In this document: positions 16,665-26,307 of the stretch, piece by piece
Position numbering within the stretch: position 1 is the first letter of the stretch
Layout: each line of letters opens with the position of its first letter
Source of the DNA: an uncultured Candidatus Saccharibacteria bacterium
Lineage (GTDB): Bacteria; Patescibacteriota; Minisyncoccia; Phycocordibacterales; CAIZLB01
Assembly (NCBI GenBank): GCA_964520545.1
Contig: CAZFOD010000004.1
Coordinates: 4,844 to 68,843 of the forward strand
DNA: 64,000 bases
Direction: 5' to 3'
Program-made: the position numbers and the translations under genes
The notes under the pieces: model-generated
What the model was told of the DNA's origin: nothing
Database searches by the model: none
Seen by the model: only the letters and a program-made list of their open reading frames with translations

Positions 16665-17900
16665 CTATTGATACAGTATTTCAACCGCCTTCTTCATTTG
16701 AAGATCGTTGTTGTTTTTAACGTCTTCCTGGGTCAATTTAACCTCAACATTAGGCTCGATGCCGTTTCCTGAGATAGAGACACCATTTGGAGTGAGCCAT
16801 CGTGCAATCGTAACCTTAAGTGCTGTCTTATCATCAATATTTACGAGCTGCTGAACAGAACCCTTACCGAATGTCTTCGTACCAACGAGAGTAGCCTTTC
16901 CATGCTCACTGAGGGCTCCGGCTAGAATCTCAGAAGCTGAGGCTGAACCGCCATCTATGAGGATGACCATCTTAAGATTGTCACTGAAAATGTCATATCC
17001 TCGGCTTTTCTCCACCGTCTCAGGCTTACCTGATCCATAGTCTTCCCTAACCACTACCTTACCTGGTGGAAGGAACCAGCTTGCCATGTCTACTGCGGCA
17101 TCAAGCACACCCCCTGGATTTCCTCGGAGATCAAGGACGAGCTTGTTAGAACCGCTTAGTACAAATTCTCGGAGCGCTGACCGGAAGAGATTCGCAGACT
17201 GAGTAGAGAAGCTGTAAAGCTTAATGGTAAATATCTGTCCTTCAGACTTTGTTTCAATAACTGGAAGATTGATAACATCTCTAACAATCTTCACTTCAAA
17301 TGGATCCGACACTCCTTCTCGAACAATGGTGAGTGTCACTTCAGTACCCTTCTTCCCTCGTATCAATTTCACAGCCTGATCAACAGTCATACTCGTAGCG
17401 ATTGTATCGTTGATCTTTATGACCTTATCACCCGAAAGAATACCCGCTCTTTTAGCCGGGCTATTAGGCAAAGGAGAGATGACTGTCAAAACATTATCTT
17501 TAATTCCCATTTCCATACCAATACCTTCAAAATTACCTTCGATTTCAGTAAGGAAGGCTTCGTTCTCCGCTGGTGGAAAAAATACAGTGTATGGATCACC
17601 GAGTGACGCTGTGAGTCCCTGAATTGCTCCATATACCTTATCCTGATCTGTTGCAATTGTGCTTGTCGATTTTCCTGTGGCTACATAGTTATCCTCAATA
17701 ATTGACCATGCTTTCCAGAAAAGTCCAAAATCTACATTATCTGGCTTCCCTGTTTCCTTGTTAATGATTGAATCAAAACGCTGTGCCCTTACCTCTTGCG
17801 CCCGCCCTGATACGATTCCGCCGTAGAATGCACCAACAATAACGGCTCCGATAACAACCGCTCCGAGAATTTGTTTTAAAGATGAACTGTTTGTAGGCAT
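16665..17900 (-). CDS. ctpA: carboxyl-terminal processing protease (S41A) with PDZ domain
   Basis: N-terminal TM; PDZ domain; catalytic Ser/Lys region TFGKGSVQ. Confidence 0.85.
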   Translation of the reverse strand: MPTNSSSLKQILGAVVIGAVIVGAFYGGIVSGRAQEVRAQRFDSIINKETGKPDNVDFGLFWKAWSIIEDNYVATGKSTSTIATDQDKVYGAIQGLTASLGDPYTVFFPPAENEAFLTEIEGNFEGIGMEMGIKDNVLTVISPLPNSPAKRAGILSGDKVIKINDTIATSMTVDQAVKLIRGKKGTEVTLTIVREGVSDPFEVKIVRDVINLPVIETKSEGQIFTIKLYSFSTQSANLFRSALREFVLSGSNKLVLDLRGNPGGVLDAAVDMASWFLPPGKVVVREDYGSGKPETVEKSRGYDIFSDNLKMVILIDGGSASASEILAGALSEHGKATLVGTKTFGKGSVQQLVNIDDKTALKVTIARWLTPNGVSISGNGIEPNVEVKLTQEDVKNNNDLQMKKAVEILYQ

Positions 17901-17989
17901 ATGTCACAAAATTATCTCAAACTTACCGCTTGCGGTCAATCAAAATATTTGTTCGTGCGCCGTCGCGGTGAATAGGTTATAATTTCCAA

Positions 17990-19387
17990 ATGGACATATA
18001 CCTATACAACACTCTGACTTCTGGCAAAGATATATTTACTCCCATAAAACCTGGACACGTATCTATGTACCATTGCGGTCCAACTGTATATGGGTATGCA
18101 CACATCGGGAATCTCCGCGCATATATATTTGCTGACATTCTCCGACGAATGTTTGAATACAACGGATACGTACCAAATCAGGTCATCAATATCACAGACA
18201 TTGGTCACCTGACCTCCGACAGTGACGAAGGTGAAGACAAGATGACCAAAGCTCTCCTCGCGGCAGGAAAAGAACTAACACTCGACTCTCTTAAAGAGCA
18301 TGCTGACTTCTATACAGCTCAATTCATCTCTGACCTCCAAGAACTTAATGTTGAAAAGCCACAGCATCTACCAAAGGCAAGTGAACATATTAAAGAGGAT
18401 ATAAATCTCATTGTAGATCTTGAGAAAAAAGGATTTGCATACAAAATCTCTGATGGCATATATTTCGATACCGAAAAAGATGTCGACTATGGAAAACTAG
18501 GAAAGAATACGGTAAAGGAAGACGAGACTGTCTCTCGTATTGGCATCAATACAGAAAAGAGGAATCCTCGAGATTTCTGTCTCTGGAAGTTCGACACTAA
18601 GCTCGGTTGGAAAAGCCCTTGGGGACAGGGGTTTCCAGGTTGGCACCTTGAGTGCTCAGCAATGTCAATGAAATATCTAGGTGAGACATTTGATGTTCAT
18701 ACTGGAGGCATTGATCACATTCCGGTTCACCACAACAATGAAATTGCTCAGTCTGAAAGCGCAACAGGAAAGCCATTTGCTCACTTCTGGCTCCATGGAG
18801 CTTTTGTGAACATAGATGGTGGAAAAATTGCTAAATCTGTCGGTAACACATATTACCTCAGAGACTTAAAAGAGCGAGGTATTTCTCCTCTCGCCTACCG
18901 ATATTGGCTTTTGACAGCTCACTACCGAACACTCGTCAACTTTACCGAGGAATCTGTTACTGGTGCCCAAACTGCATATGAAAGACTTCGGGCAACAATC
19001 ATTCAATTAGCTGGAGCTTCTGACAAAAAAGGAAACATAGATTTAGGATATCAGGCAGTATTCCATCAAGCGATTAACGATGATCTCAATACTGCAAAAG
19101 CATTAGCTACAGTATGGGATCTCATTAAAGATCAAAATATCTCTTCCGAATCAAAACTAGCAACCCTGCTAGACTTCGACAGAGTTTTAGGACTAGATCT
19201 TGAAAAAGAATCTGAAGCATTAGTAGTTGAAGTTCCTTCAGATGTTTACGCACTCATCGAACAGCGTGATGAGGCTCGCAAAGCAAAGGACTGGAAATCT
19301 TCTGATGATCTTCGTGCAGAGATTGAATCTAAAGGATTCGATGTGAAAGACACAGCTGACGGTACAAAAGTCATTTCAAAGCGTTAA
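17990..19387 (+). CDS. cysS: cysteinyl-tRNA synthetase
   Basis: HIGN motif (CGPTVYGYAHIGN), KIAKSVGN (KMSKS), Zn-binding Cys and CysRS-like length. Confidence 0.9.
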   Translation: MDIYLYNTLTSGKDIFTPIKPGHVSMYHCGPTVYGYAHIGNLRAYIFADILRRMFEYNGYVPNQVINITDIGHLTSDSDEGEDKMTKALLAAGKELTLDSLKEHADFYTAQFISDLQELNVEKPQHLPKASEHIKEDINLIVDLEKKGFAYKISDGIYFDTEKDVDYGKLGKNTVKEDETVSRIGINTEKRNPRDFCLWKFDTKLGWKSPWGQGFPGWHLECSAMSMKYLGETFDVHTGGIDHIPVHHNNEIAQSESATGKPFAHFWLHGAFVNIDGGKIAKSVGNTYYLRDLKERGISPLAYRYWLLTAHYRTLVNFTEESVTGAQTAYERLRATIIQLAGASDKKGNIDLGYQAVFHQAINDDLNTAKALATVWDLIKDQNISSESKLATLLDFDRVLGLDLEKESEALVVEVPSDVYALIEQRDEARKAKDWKSSDDLRAEIESKGFDVKDTADGTKVISKR

Positions 19388-19409
19388 GGTTCTGATACAA
19401 TATATCTGT

Positions 19410-19982
19410 ATGTTGATCCAATCTTTGTACATATTGTTGTACATCACATTTCTTACAAGTATTTCTCTTGCTGCAGCTTCTGCACTTCTCTGTGATGGTT
19501 TCTTCTTCATTTCAGTAATTCGTCGGAGACTTCAGGTGGGTGAAATAAAGATACTCCGAATCCTCTGTGGGGTAAGCTCAGTCAGTTCTCTCATTGCTGG
19601 AGTGTCGCTTATTAAACTCATGGCAATGCGTATTAGTGATGGTGTCACCCCTGGAGAAGGAATACTCCTCGCTCTTTCACTTATGCTACTTGTTGCGTTT
19701 ACTTCTTCTGTCAGCATGCGTAACCTTCACCTCCCAGCTTTGCACCGACACCAGCACGACTATCACCATATTTCAGAGTCTTTCCTCGACCACCAAAGGT
19801 CCCTTATTTCAACGGGAGCTGTTTCAATAGTGACATGGATATTCATCATCACCATCGTAGCGGCGGATGCAAGAGGGCTTGCTTTAGAGACCAGCTTCTT
19901 CAAAATATCCATTTTGTATGTCATAACAGCATACCTATTCTCAAAACTAGCCTTAGTTATCAAGCGTAAAATCCGCTCCTAA
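19410..19982 (+). CDS. polytopic membrane protein (hypothetical)
   Basis: 190 aa with 4-5 hydrophobic helices. Confidence 0.4.
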   Translation: MLIQSLYILLYITFLTSISLAAASALLCDGFFFISVIRRRLQVGEIKILRILCGVSSVSSLIAGVSLIKLMAMRISDGVTPGEGILLALSLMLLVAFTSSVSMRNLHLPALHRHQHDYHHISESFLDHQRSLISTGAVSIVTWIFIITIVAADARGLALETSFFKISILYVITAYLFSKLALVIKRKIRS

Positions 19983-20056
19983 ATTATCCCCACCTTGTAC
20001 ACAAAGTTTTTTGATTTTTAGCCTTTTTTTCATAGTACGAATGATAGAATGCAGAC

Positions 20057-21496
20057 ATGAATCCGACGAGGAACTCTCCTAAGCAATATAGTAACCGCGC
20101 GCAACCAAGCCAATATGCTTCTGATAGTTCAGCGCGCAGAGAATTACGTGTACCTCCACACAGCATTGATGCTGAAAAGGCAGTTCTCGGTTCTGTCATG
20201 CTCCGACAAGAAGCCCTTACCGACATTATCGATATCATAAGTGAAGAATCATTCTACAGTGAGAAAAATAGAATCATCTTCCGTACGATGGTTGAGCTAT
20301 CAACTAAAAATGAACCTATCGACCTTCTTTCACTTAAGAACATTCTTGAAGGCACAAGTCAGCTCGAACAAATTGGTGGTGCTGCATACCTTACAGACCT
20401 CGTACACACAGTTCCCTCTGCAACAAACATCAATCACTATGCAAAGATCGTAGAAAAGAAATTCATGATGCGAAATCTCATTCATGCATCAGAATTCATT
20501 GCCCAGATTGGATTCGATGAAGATGGAGAACTTGATGAAATTCTCGACAAGGCTGAGAAGCGTGTTTTTGACCTTACTCAAAAAGGTTCTGCTCATAAGT
20601 TCCAGGAAATTAAGGACGCTCTCGTTGAACAATGGGAAACCATCGACAGACTTCATAATGCAAAGGATGAATTGCGTGGAGTTCCAACAGGATTTAAAGA
20701 TATCGATAACAAGCTCGCAGGTCTTCAAAAATCAGACCTCATCATTCTTGCTGCCCGACCTTCAGTTGGTAAGACATCATTTGCTCTTGATATCGCCCGC
20801 AACGCTGCCGTTGACCACAACATCCCTGTAGGTATCTTCTCTCTTGAAATGAGCGCCCAACAGCTCACACAACGTATGCTTGCGTCTGCATCGAGAGTGG
20901 ATGCGTGGAAACTACGAACAGCAAAGAACCTCCAAGAAGATGACTTCGAATTCCTCCGAAACGGACTCGACAAGCTCTCTCGTGCCCCTATATACATCGA
21001 CGATCAGCCGGGAAACAACATCTTGAAGATGCGATCAATTGCAAGAAGACTCAAGGCTGAAAAAGGACTTGGTCTCATCATTGTCGACTACTTGCAGCTC
21101 ATGGTACCAACCCAATCAAAGAACAATGACAACATCGTTCAGCAAGTAACAGAAATCTCACGATCGTTGAAAAACCTTGCTAGAGAGCTTGATGTTCCAG
21201 TACTCGCACTCTCACAGCTCTCTCGTGCCGTTGAACAACGAGGAGGAAAGCCTCGACTCTCTGATCTTCGAGACTCAGGTTCCATTGAGCAAGACGCCGA
21301 TGTTGTTATGTTCATCCATAGAGAGGACAGATACAAGGATCATTCAGAACGAGACAACATGGCGGAAATCCTCATTGAAAAGCATCGAAATGGTGCAACA
21401 GGAAGTGTCATGCTCAAGTTCGACGACAAGCATACAAGCTTCATATCAATCGAGAAGAGTGACTTCGGAGATTTTGATCAGCACTTAGCTCAATAA
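20057..21496 (+). CDS. dnaB: replicative DNA helicase DnaB
   Basis: N-terminal DnaB domain (IDAEKAVLGSVM...) and RecA-like core with Walker A AARPSVGKTSFALDIA. Confidence 0.9.
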   Translation: MNPTRNSPKQYSNRAQPSQYASDSSARRELRVPPHSIDAEKAVLGSVMLRQEALTDIIDIISEESFYSEKNRIIFRTMVELSTKNEPIDLLSLKNILEGTSQLEQIGGAAYLTDLVHTVPSATNINHYAKIVEKKFMMRNLIHASEFIAQIGFDEDGELDEILDKAEKRVFDLTQKGSAHKFQEIKDALVEQWETIDRLHNAKDELRGVPTGFKDIDNKLAGLQKSDLIILAARPSVGKTSFALDIARNAAVDHNIPVGIFSLEMSAQQLTQRMLASASRVDAWKLRTAKNLQEDDFEFLRNGLDKLSRAPIYIDDQPGNNILKMRSIARRLKAEKGLGLIIVDYLQLMVPTQSKNNDNIVQQVTEISRSLKNLARELDVPVLALSQLSRAVEQRGGKPRLSDLRDSGSIEQDADVVMFIHREDRYKDHSERDNMAEILIEKHRNGATGSVMLKFDDKHTSFISIEKSDFGDFDQHLAQ

Positions 21497-21505
21497 CAGA
21501 AAGAT

Positions 21506-22138
21506 ATGGATGCGATAGAAAAACTGACAGAAGTATTCCGAAAGTTTCCAGGCATAGGCCCTAGGCAGGCTCGTCGTTTTGTATATCACCTCCTCACGCA
21601 GTCATCTGGGAACATTGATGAGATGACAAATCTCATTAAGCAACTTGGGCAAAGCATAGCAGTCTGTGCTTCCTGCTATCGATACTTCCCTCTCAACGAA
21701 AGAAAAGCTGCTAACGGACTCTGTTCGATTTGTAACAATCCTGAAAGAGACCATTCTCTTCTCACCATTGTCTCGAGAGACATTGATCTTCAAGCGATGG
21801 AAAAGAGCCGAGCATACAATGGTCTCTACTTTGTCCTCGGAGGCAGTGTTCCCATATTAGACGAGGCACCGCAGTTGCGTATCCGACAACATGAACTTGA
21901 AAAGACTGTTGCTTCACGGGCTAGTGACTCAAACCACCCGTTGCGGGAAATTATCATCGCATCAAGTGTTAATCCTGAGGGAGAACATACTGCTTTGTAT
22001 ATTAGCGCCCTACTCAAACCCCTCACCGAGGAGAAGAAGATAAAGATATCAACGCTTGGACGAGGACTCTCAACAGGAACTGAACTTGAATATTCAGATG
22101 CTGATACCATTAAGTCTGCTCTGGAGAACAGAAAATAA
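21506..22138 (+). CDS. recR: recombination protein RecR
   Basis: HhH motif (FRKFPGIGPRQARR), C4 zinc finger (CASC...CSIC) and Toprim domain. Confidence 0.9.
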   Translation: MDAIEKLTEVFRKFPGIGPRQARRFVYHLLTQSSGNIDEMTNLIKQLGQSIAVCASCYRYFPLNERKAANGLCSICNNPERDHSLLTIVSRDIDLQAMEKSRAYNGLYFVLGGSVPILDEAPQLRIRQHELEKTVASRASDSNHPLREIIIASSVNPEGEHTALYISALLKPLTEEKKIKISTLGRGLSTGTELEYSDADTIKSALENRK

Positions 22139-22147
22139 TTTACACAT

Positions 22148-22576
22148 ATGAATCAAGAAAATCATACAGAAATATTACGAGAGCTTGCTAAGAAAGAAAT
22201 CGAGATACTAAGAAATGCAAAGCAACCTCTTGTTCGTGTTGCCGGCCCATGGACTACCGGAGGATTCGGCTACGAGGAGAACATACGAAGGTTCGATATG
22301 GCAGAAAAAGCACTAAGGAAAAGAGGATATACAATAGTCGACTATTTCACCTCTGAAGAGACAATTAAGAAGCTTCGAGATGAAAATGTCAGCCCAGACC
22401 TCATCATGGATGAATATCATAAGCCGATACTTGAATCGGGATACATACAGAAGGCGTTCTTCATGCCGCGATCAGATGAATCTGCAGGTGCAACATGGGA
22501 AAGAAACTTCATCCGCGACAATACAAATATTGAAATCCTGGAAGTGCCCGAAGACTGGATTACAGAAACTGAGTAG
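22148..22576 (+). CDS. DUF4406-like protein (nucleoside 2-deoxyribosyltransferase-like fold), tentative
   Basis: LVRVAGPWTTGGFGYEENIRRFDMAEKALRKRGYTIVD resembles the DUF4406 N-terminal signature. Confidence 0.35.
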   Translation: MNQENHTEILRELAKKEIEILRNAKQPLVRVAGPWTTGGFGYEENIRRFDMAEKALRKRGYTIVDYFTSEETIKKLRDENVSPDLIMDEYHKPILESGYIQKAFFMPRSDESAGATWERNFIRDNTNIEILEVPEDWITETE

Positions 22577-22769
22577 ATAACACTCTTGAAAACCAAGTGC
22601 AATCTGTTAGGCTTAAGGCAGGATGAGCGCGAAAAAAAAGAAAGGGACGTTGCCTGGGCGACGCATAGCCGCGAAGAAGATTGCCACACGCAATCTGTCT
22701 CCACGCGAAAGACGAATATATCGTCAGCTATACCCAGGGAAGTAAAGTTGACGACACAAAAAGAAAAGC

Positions 22770-22800
22770 CATGGATTTCGGTCCGTGGCTTTACTTTTTA
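22770..22800. terminator. hairpin terminator after rplU
   Basis: aagccatgg/ccgtggctt imperfect stem with T-runs. Confidence 0.45.
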
Positions 22801-22812
22801 ATACTGAGATAT

Positions 22813-23214
22813 TTAGGCGATAGCTGTGATTTTCACTTTGAAGTGAGGCTGTCGGTGACCGTTCTTAGGAATACCAGATCGGCTCTTTTGCTTGTATCGC
22901 ATGATAATAACCTTTGCATCTCGTCCGATTTCTGCAATTTCACCAGTTACCTTCTTTCCTGAAATTGTAGGTGTTCCGATAACAGTGTCAGAACCGTTGT
23001 CAGTAAGGAGAACATCTGAAAATTCAATCTTGTCGCCAACCTTGTACTCACCAATCATCTTTTCAATCTTAACGATTGTACCTTCAGAAACTCGGTACTG
23101 CTTTCCTCCAGTCTTGATGACTGCGAAGTTTGCAGACGTAATAGCCTCTGCCTTTGTAGGTGCCTTTTCAGCCTTTGGAGCTGCTTTTGTTGTCTTTTTA
23201 GCTGTAGTTGCCAT
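22813..23214 (-). CDS. rplU: 50S ribosomal protein L21
   Basis: FAVIKTGGKQYRVSEGTIVKIEK... matches the L21 consensus; start MATTAKK at 23214. Confidence 0.85.
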   Translation of the reverse strand: MATTAKKTTKAAPKAEKAPTKAEAITSANFAVIKTGGKQYRVSEGTIVKIEKMIGEYKVGDKIEFSDVLLTDNGSDTVIGTPTISGKKVTGEIAEIGRDAKVIIMRYKQKSRSGIPKNGHRQPHFKVKITAIA

Positions 23215-23364
23215 AGGGTTACCAATATACATTATTAGCCATATTTAATCAATACCTCACGAAACCGCTGTATCTATGGGTATTTTTAGGGTCAAAAAGC
23301 CAAAAGAAAACCGCCACCTTGCGATGGGGTTTTCCCTTCGCTTGGTAGCGGTCCGTATCCCCAA

Positions 23365-23628
23365 TTAAGGAAGCTCTCTTCCCGCGAGGAGTCTGGTTCG
23401 GTTCAATCCTGACCAGATGTAATCGGCGTCCGTTGTATACAGTCCAACGTCACGCCCTGCCACTAATTTGGGCAGCATCTTGTCGAGCAACCCTTCAGCC
23501 TGATCGGCTAGAGTGATGGTCTCTTCAATAGGTGCTAACTCCTTGCTCAGCACCCCCCGAATCTTATCGGCGGGTGTTCCAGTTAACTCAGCGAGCTTAG
23601 TCGCTAGGTCGTTTAGCATTTTGTCCAT
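23365..23628 (-). CDS. hypothetical protein (GC-rich)
   Basis: 87 aa with no recognisable motifs. Confidence 0.35.
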   Translation of the reverse strand: MDKMLNDLATKLAELTGTPADKIRGVLSKELAPIEETITLADQAEGLLDKMLPKLVAGRDVGLYTTDADYIWSGLNRTRLLAGRELP

Positions 23629-23698
23629 GTAGTCCTTTCTTGTTGATGTACTTTGACTGTCGAATGAAAACTAACACAATGATTCAGAAACAACAATC

Positions 23699-24268
23699 CT
23701 AAAGGTCAGGAAGTGTTTCTACCCTTGAGATCTGGACTGGCTGCAAGAGTTCTTTCTGTCGGGGTCCATACCAGGCCTCGGCAAAGAAGAGTTCACTGTC
23801 GTCCTTGCTTCCAAGGACAATCGGTACCCAACTTGGGTCTGCAGGCATCATCTGGTCCAAAGGGAGTTTATCGATATCAAACCAGGTTGGCTCCCCTGCT
23901 TCATCGGTTTCTTCGACATTGCCAGTCCATTCGTTGGCGATATATACGTGAACGCGACAAGTGAATGGTTCACCGGCTTCAGTGATATTGTGGAAATCAA
24001 CGACGGCTTTCTTTTTCAACTTCTTTGGATCAAGAATGACACCTTTCCCAGTTAATGGGTCTGGCTTCTTGTTCTTACTCGTCTCTTCACCGACTTCACG
24101 AACGACACATTGAAGTGCTGTTTCGTCTTCATCGATGCCGCCTCCGTGAGCATTAAAGCAGCCAGCGCCAATCTTCTTCAGTTTCCTGATGAGTTGCACC
24201 CTGTGGCCCTCAACAAGAAAACAAAGCGTCGCTCGATAGAGTACCTTCTCTGCGTTTTGTTCGTTCAT
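23699..24268 (-). CDS. NUDIX hydrolase
   Basis: Nudix box GGGIDEDETALQCVVREVGEETS (GX5EX7REUXEEXGU). Confidence 0.7.
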   Translation of the reverse strand: MNEQNAEKVLYRATLCFLVEGHRVQLIRKLKKIGAGCFNAHGGGIDEDETALQCVVREVGEETSKNKKPDPLTGKGVILDPKKLKKKAVVDFHNITEAGEPFTCRVHVYIANEWTGNVEETDEAGEPTWFDIDKLPLDQMMPADPSWVPIVLGSKDDSELFFAEAWYGPRQKELLQPVQISRVETLPDL

Positions 24269-24324
24269 AATATTGTGGGTTGAGGTTTCTGTTTAGAATA
24301 TATACCCCTCCCTTAAAAACGCAA

Positions 24325-25434
24325 TTAGTCTTCTGTCTCTTCCGCCAATGGTTTTGCAAGCTCTAGTGGTTCTACCCCAGCTGCCACACCACTTATTTTC
24401 ATAACATCCTTATCAATCTTTTTAAGCTCCTTATGAGCCTTGTTGTAGTGATTGACGGTTGTTCCCAAAGAGCTGCCTAGTGATTGCATAAACTGCTCGT
24501 ATGCCCCTATATGCTTACCGAGGTCTTCTACCTTCTTTCGGATTTCCTTTGCTGATTCCTCAATCTGCAATGCCTTAAGACCCTGCATAACAGTCTGTAG
24601 ATATGCGAGGAATGATGTTGGAGACACTATGATGACATGTCGCTCCTTAAAGGCGTAGTCTATGAGGTCTCGAGTATTAATCTTCACTGAACCAACCTGA
24701 GCGATGAGTAAGTCATAGTAAATCGCTTCATGTGGAATGAACATAAAAGCAAAGTCCATAGTGTCTTCATCTGGCTTTATATATTTAGAAGTCTCATCGA
24801 TTCTGTTTTTAAGATCATTTCTGAAAAGCTTTTCAAGACGTTCCCGCTCCTGAGGATCTCGTTCTTCAACGAGACGGTTGTAGTTCTCCAAACTGAACTT
24901 TGAGTCAACAGGAATTATTTTGTCTTTAATAAATACAACAGCGTCTACGATTGTTCCATCCTTGAAAGGATATTGCATCTGAAAGCCAGTTGGAGGCATG
25001 ACATTCTTTAAAAGTGACTCGAGGTAATATTCACCGAGAATACCTCGCTGTTTTGGATTCTTCAGAATATCCTGGAGACTTTGCAACTGATCTGCAAATG
25101 AAACCACCTGCCTATTTGTCTCATCAAGTTTTGTAAGACGCTCTGTTACGTCTTTAATGAGGCGGAACGATTCCCCTGTTTGGTGACGGAGAGAATCCTG
25201 CATTTCCTTAGCACTTGCACCAAGCTTAGTGTCCATAGAGCGAGACACATCTGTCATTTTGCTATCAACCGTAGCGGCCAAGTTGTTAATCTGAGTCAGG
25301 AGAAGCTGAAGGCCAGTATCGGTCTGACTTCCCTCACCTGCCTTCTTACGACTCTGAAGGATGAAGTACCCAAAAAGAGCGGCGTTGATGAGGAGGACAA
25401 GAAAGGCTACAATGAGCACAACGGTATTATTCAT
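24325..25434 (-). CDS. rmuC: DNA recombination protein RmuC
   Basis: N-terminal TM, long coiled coil and a conserved RmuC C-terminal region. Confidence 0.75.
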   Translation of the reverse strand: MNNTVVLIVAFLVLLINAALFGYFILQSRKKAGEGSQTDTGLQLLLTQINNLAATVDSKMTDVSRSMDTKLGASAKEMQDSLRHQTGESFRLIKDVTERLTKLDETNRQVVSFADQLQSLQDILKNPKQRGILGEYYLESLLKNVMPPTGFQMQYPFKDGTIVDAVVFIKDKIIPVDSKFSLENYNRLVEERDPQERERLEKLFRNDLKNRIDETSKYIKPDEDTMDFAFMFIPHEAIYYDLLIAQVGSVKINTRDLIDYAFKERHVIIVSPTSFLAYLQTVMQGLKALQIEESAKEIRKKVEDLGKHIGAYEQFMQSLGSSLGTTVNHYNKAHKELKKIDKDVMKISGVAAGVEPLELAKPLAEETED

Positions 25435-25469
25435 ACAAAACAGTATATCAAAACTTTAAAGAAAATTTT

Positions 25470-25922
25470 ATGTCACTACAGGAACAAATCAAAGGAGAGA
25501 TCAAAACAGCAATGATGGCGAAAGATACAGTTAAACTTACAGTCGTACGAGGCCTCGCAACGGCATTCATGAATGAGCTCGTTGCTACAAAACGAACCCC
25601 TCAGGACATGCTTACTGACGAAGAAGCCTCAGCCGTCATTCGCCGAGCTGTTAAACAGCGTAAAGACTCAATTGAGCAGTTTAAGGCTGCAGGACGCCCA
25701 GAACTTGCTGAAAGCGAACAGGCTGAGCTTGCAGTGCTCGAGACATATCTTCCAAGTATGATGTCAGTTGATGAAATTCGACCCATTGCAGAGGCTAAAA
25801 AAGCCGAACTAGGCATTACCGACAAGTCTAAGGTAGGAATGCTCATGAGTGCTGTCATGAAAGACCTCAAAGGCAAGGCAGATGGTGCAGATGTGAAGAC
25901 TGTTGTTGAGGGCTTGTTTTAA
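25470..25922 (+). CDS. GatB/YqeY domain protein
   Basis: Full-length match to the YqeY pattern (IKTAMMAKD...LTDEEA...). Confidence 0.8.
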   Translation: MSLQEQIKGEIKTAMMAKDTVKLTVVRGLATAFMNELVATKRTPQDMLTDEEASAVIRRAVKQRKDSIEQFKAAGRPELAESEQAELAVLETYLPSMMSVDEIRPIAEAKKAELGITDKSKVGMLMSAVMKDLKGKADGADVKTVVEGLF

Positions 25923-25968
25923 TATCTGTTTAGTGGTTTAATTTAATTCCAGAAGGAGACCGAATCAT

Positions 25969-26247
25969 ATGAAGCTATTCAAATCGTTTGAACATCCTGA
26001 GATGGTGGAAAGAGGTGTACAAAAACTGCGTGACTTCCGAACCGGAGAGCGTACGCTAAACAGCGAGGAGCTTGCTGGAATCCGCGAAGAGCAACGTGCG
26101 CGCAGTGAAGACAAAACACCACCTGCACCCGTCGAAACAAACCCACCGAGGAGATCCGACAACTCGATGGCGGCATTCGACGAATGGCAACGGAAACAAG
26201 AAGCCGAAGAAGAAGAGCGACAAGAAAGGTGGGGCCATCAGCAGTAA
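25969..26247 (+). CDS. hypothetical charged protein
   Basis: 92-aa ORF followed by a strong terminator at 26265-26302. Confidence 0.35.
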   Translation: MKLFKSFEHPEMVERGVQKLRDFRTGERTLNSEELAGIREEQRARSEDKTPPAPVETNPPRRSDNSMAAFDEWQRKQEAEEEERQERWGHQQ

Positions 26248-26264
26248 TCACCGTCTTAAGGAAT

Positions 26265-26302
26265 ATCAGGCGACCTCAACTCGAGGTCGCCTGATTCTTT
26301 TT
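26265..26302 (+). terminator. intrinsic terminator
   Basis: Perfect 13-bp stem atcaggcgacctc/gaggtcgcctgat followed by TCTTTTT. Confidence 0.65.
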
Positions 26303-26307
26303 ACACC

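Noticed and set aside
22590-22770. Possible SRP/4.5S-like RNA in the recR-side intergenic region (repeated gcaatctgt motifs, local hairpin 22668-22705)
   Set aside because: No GGAA/AGCA domain-IV signature and no terminal helix pairing. Probably a 3' UTR with local hairpins.
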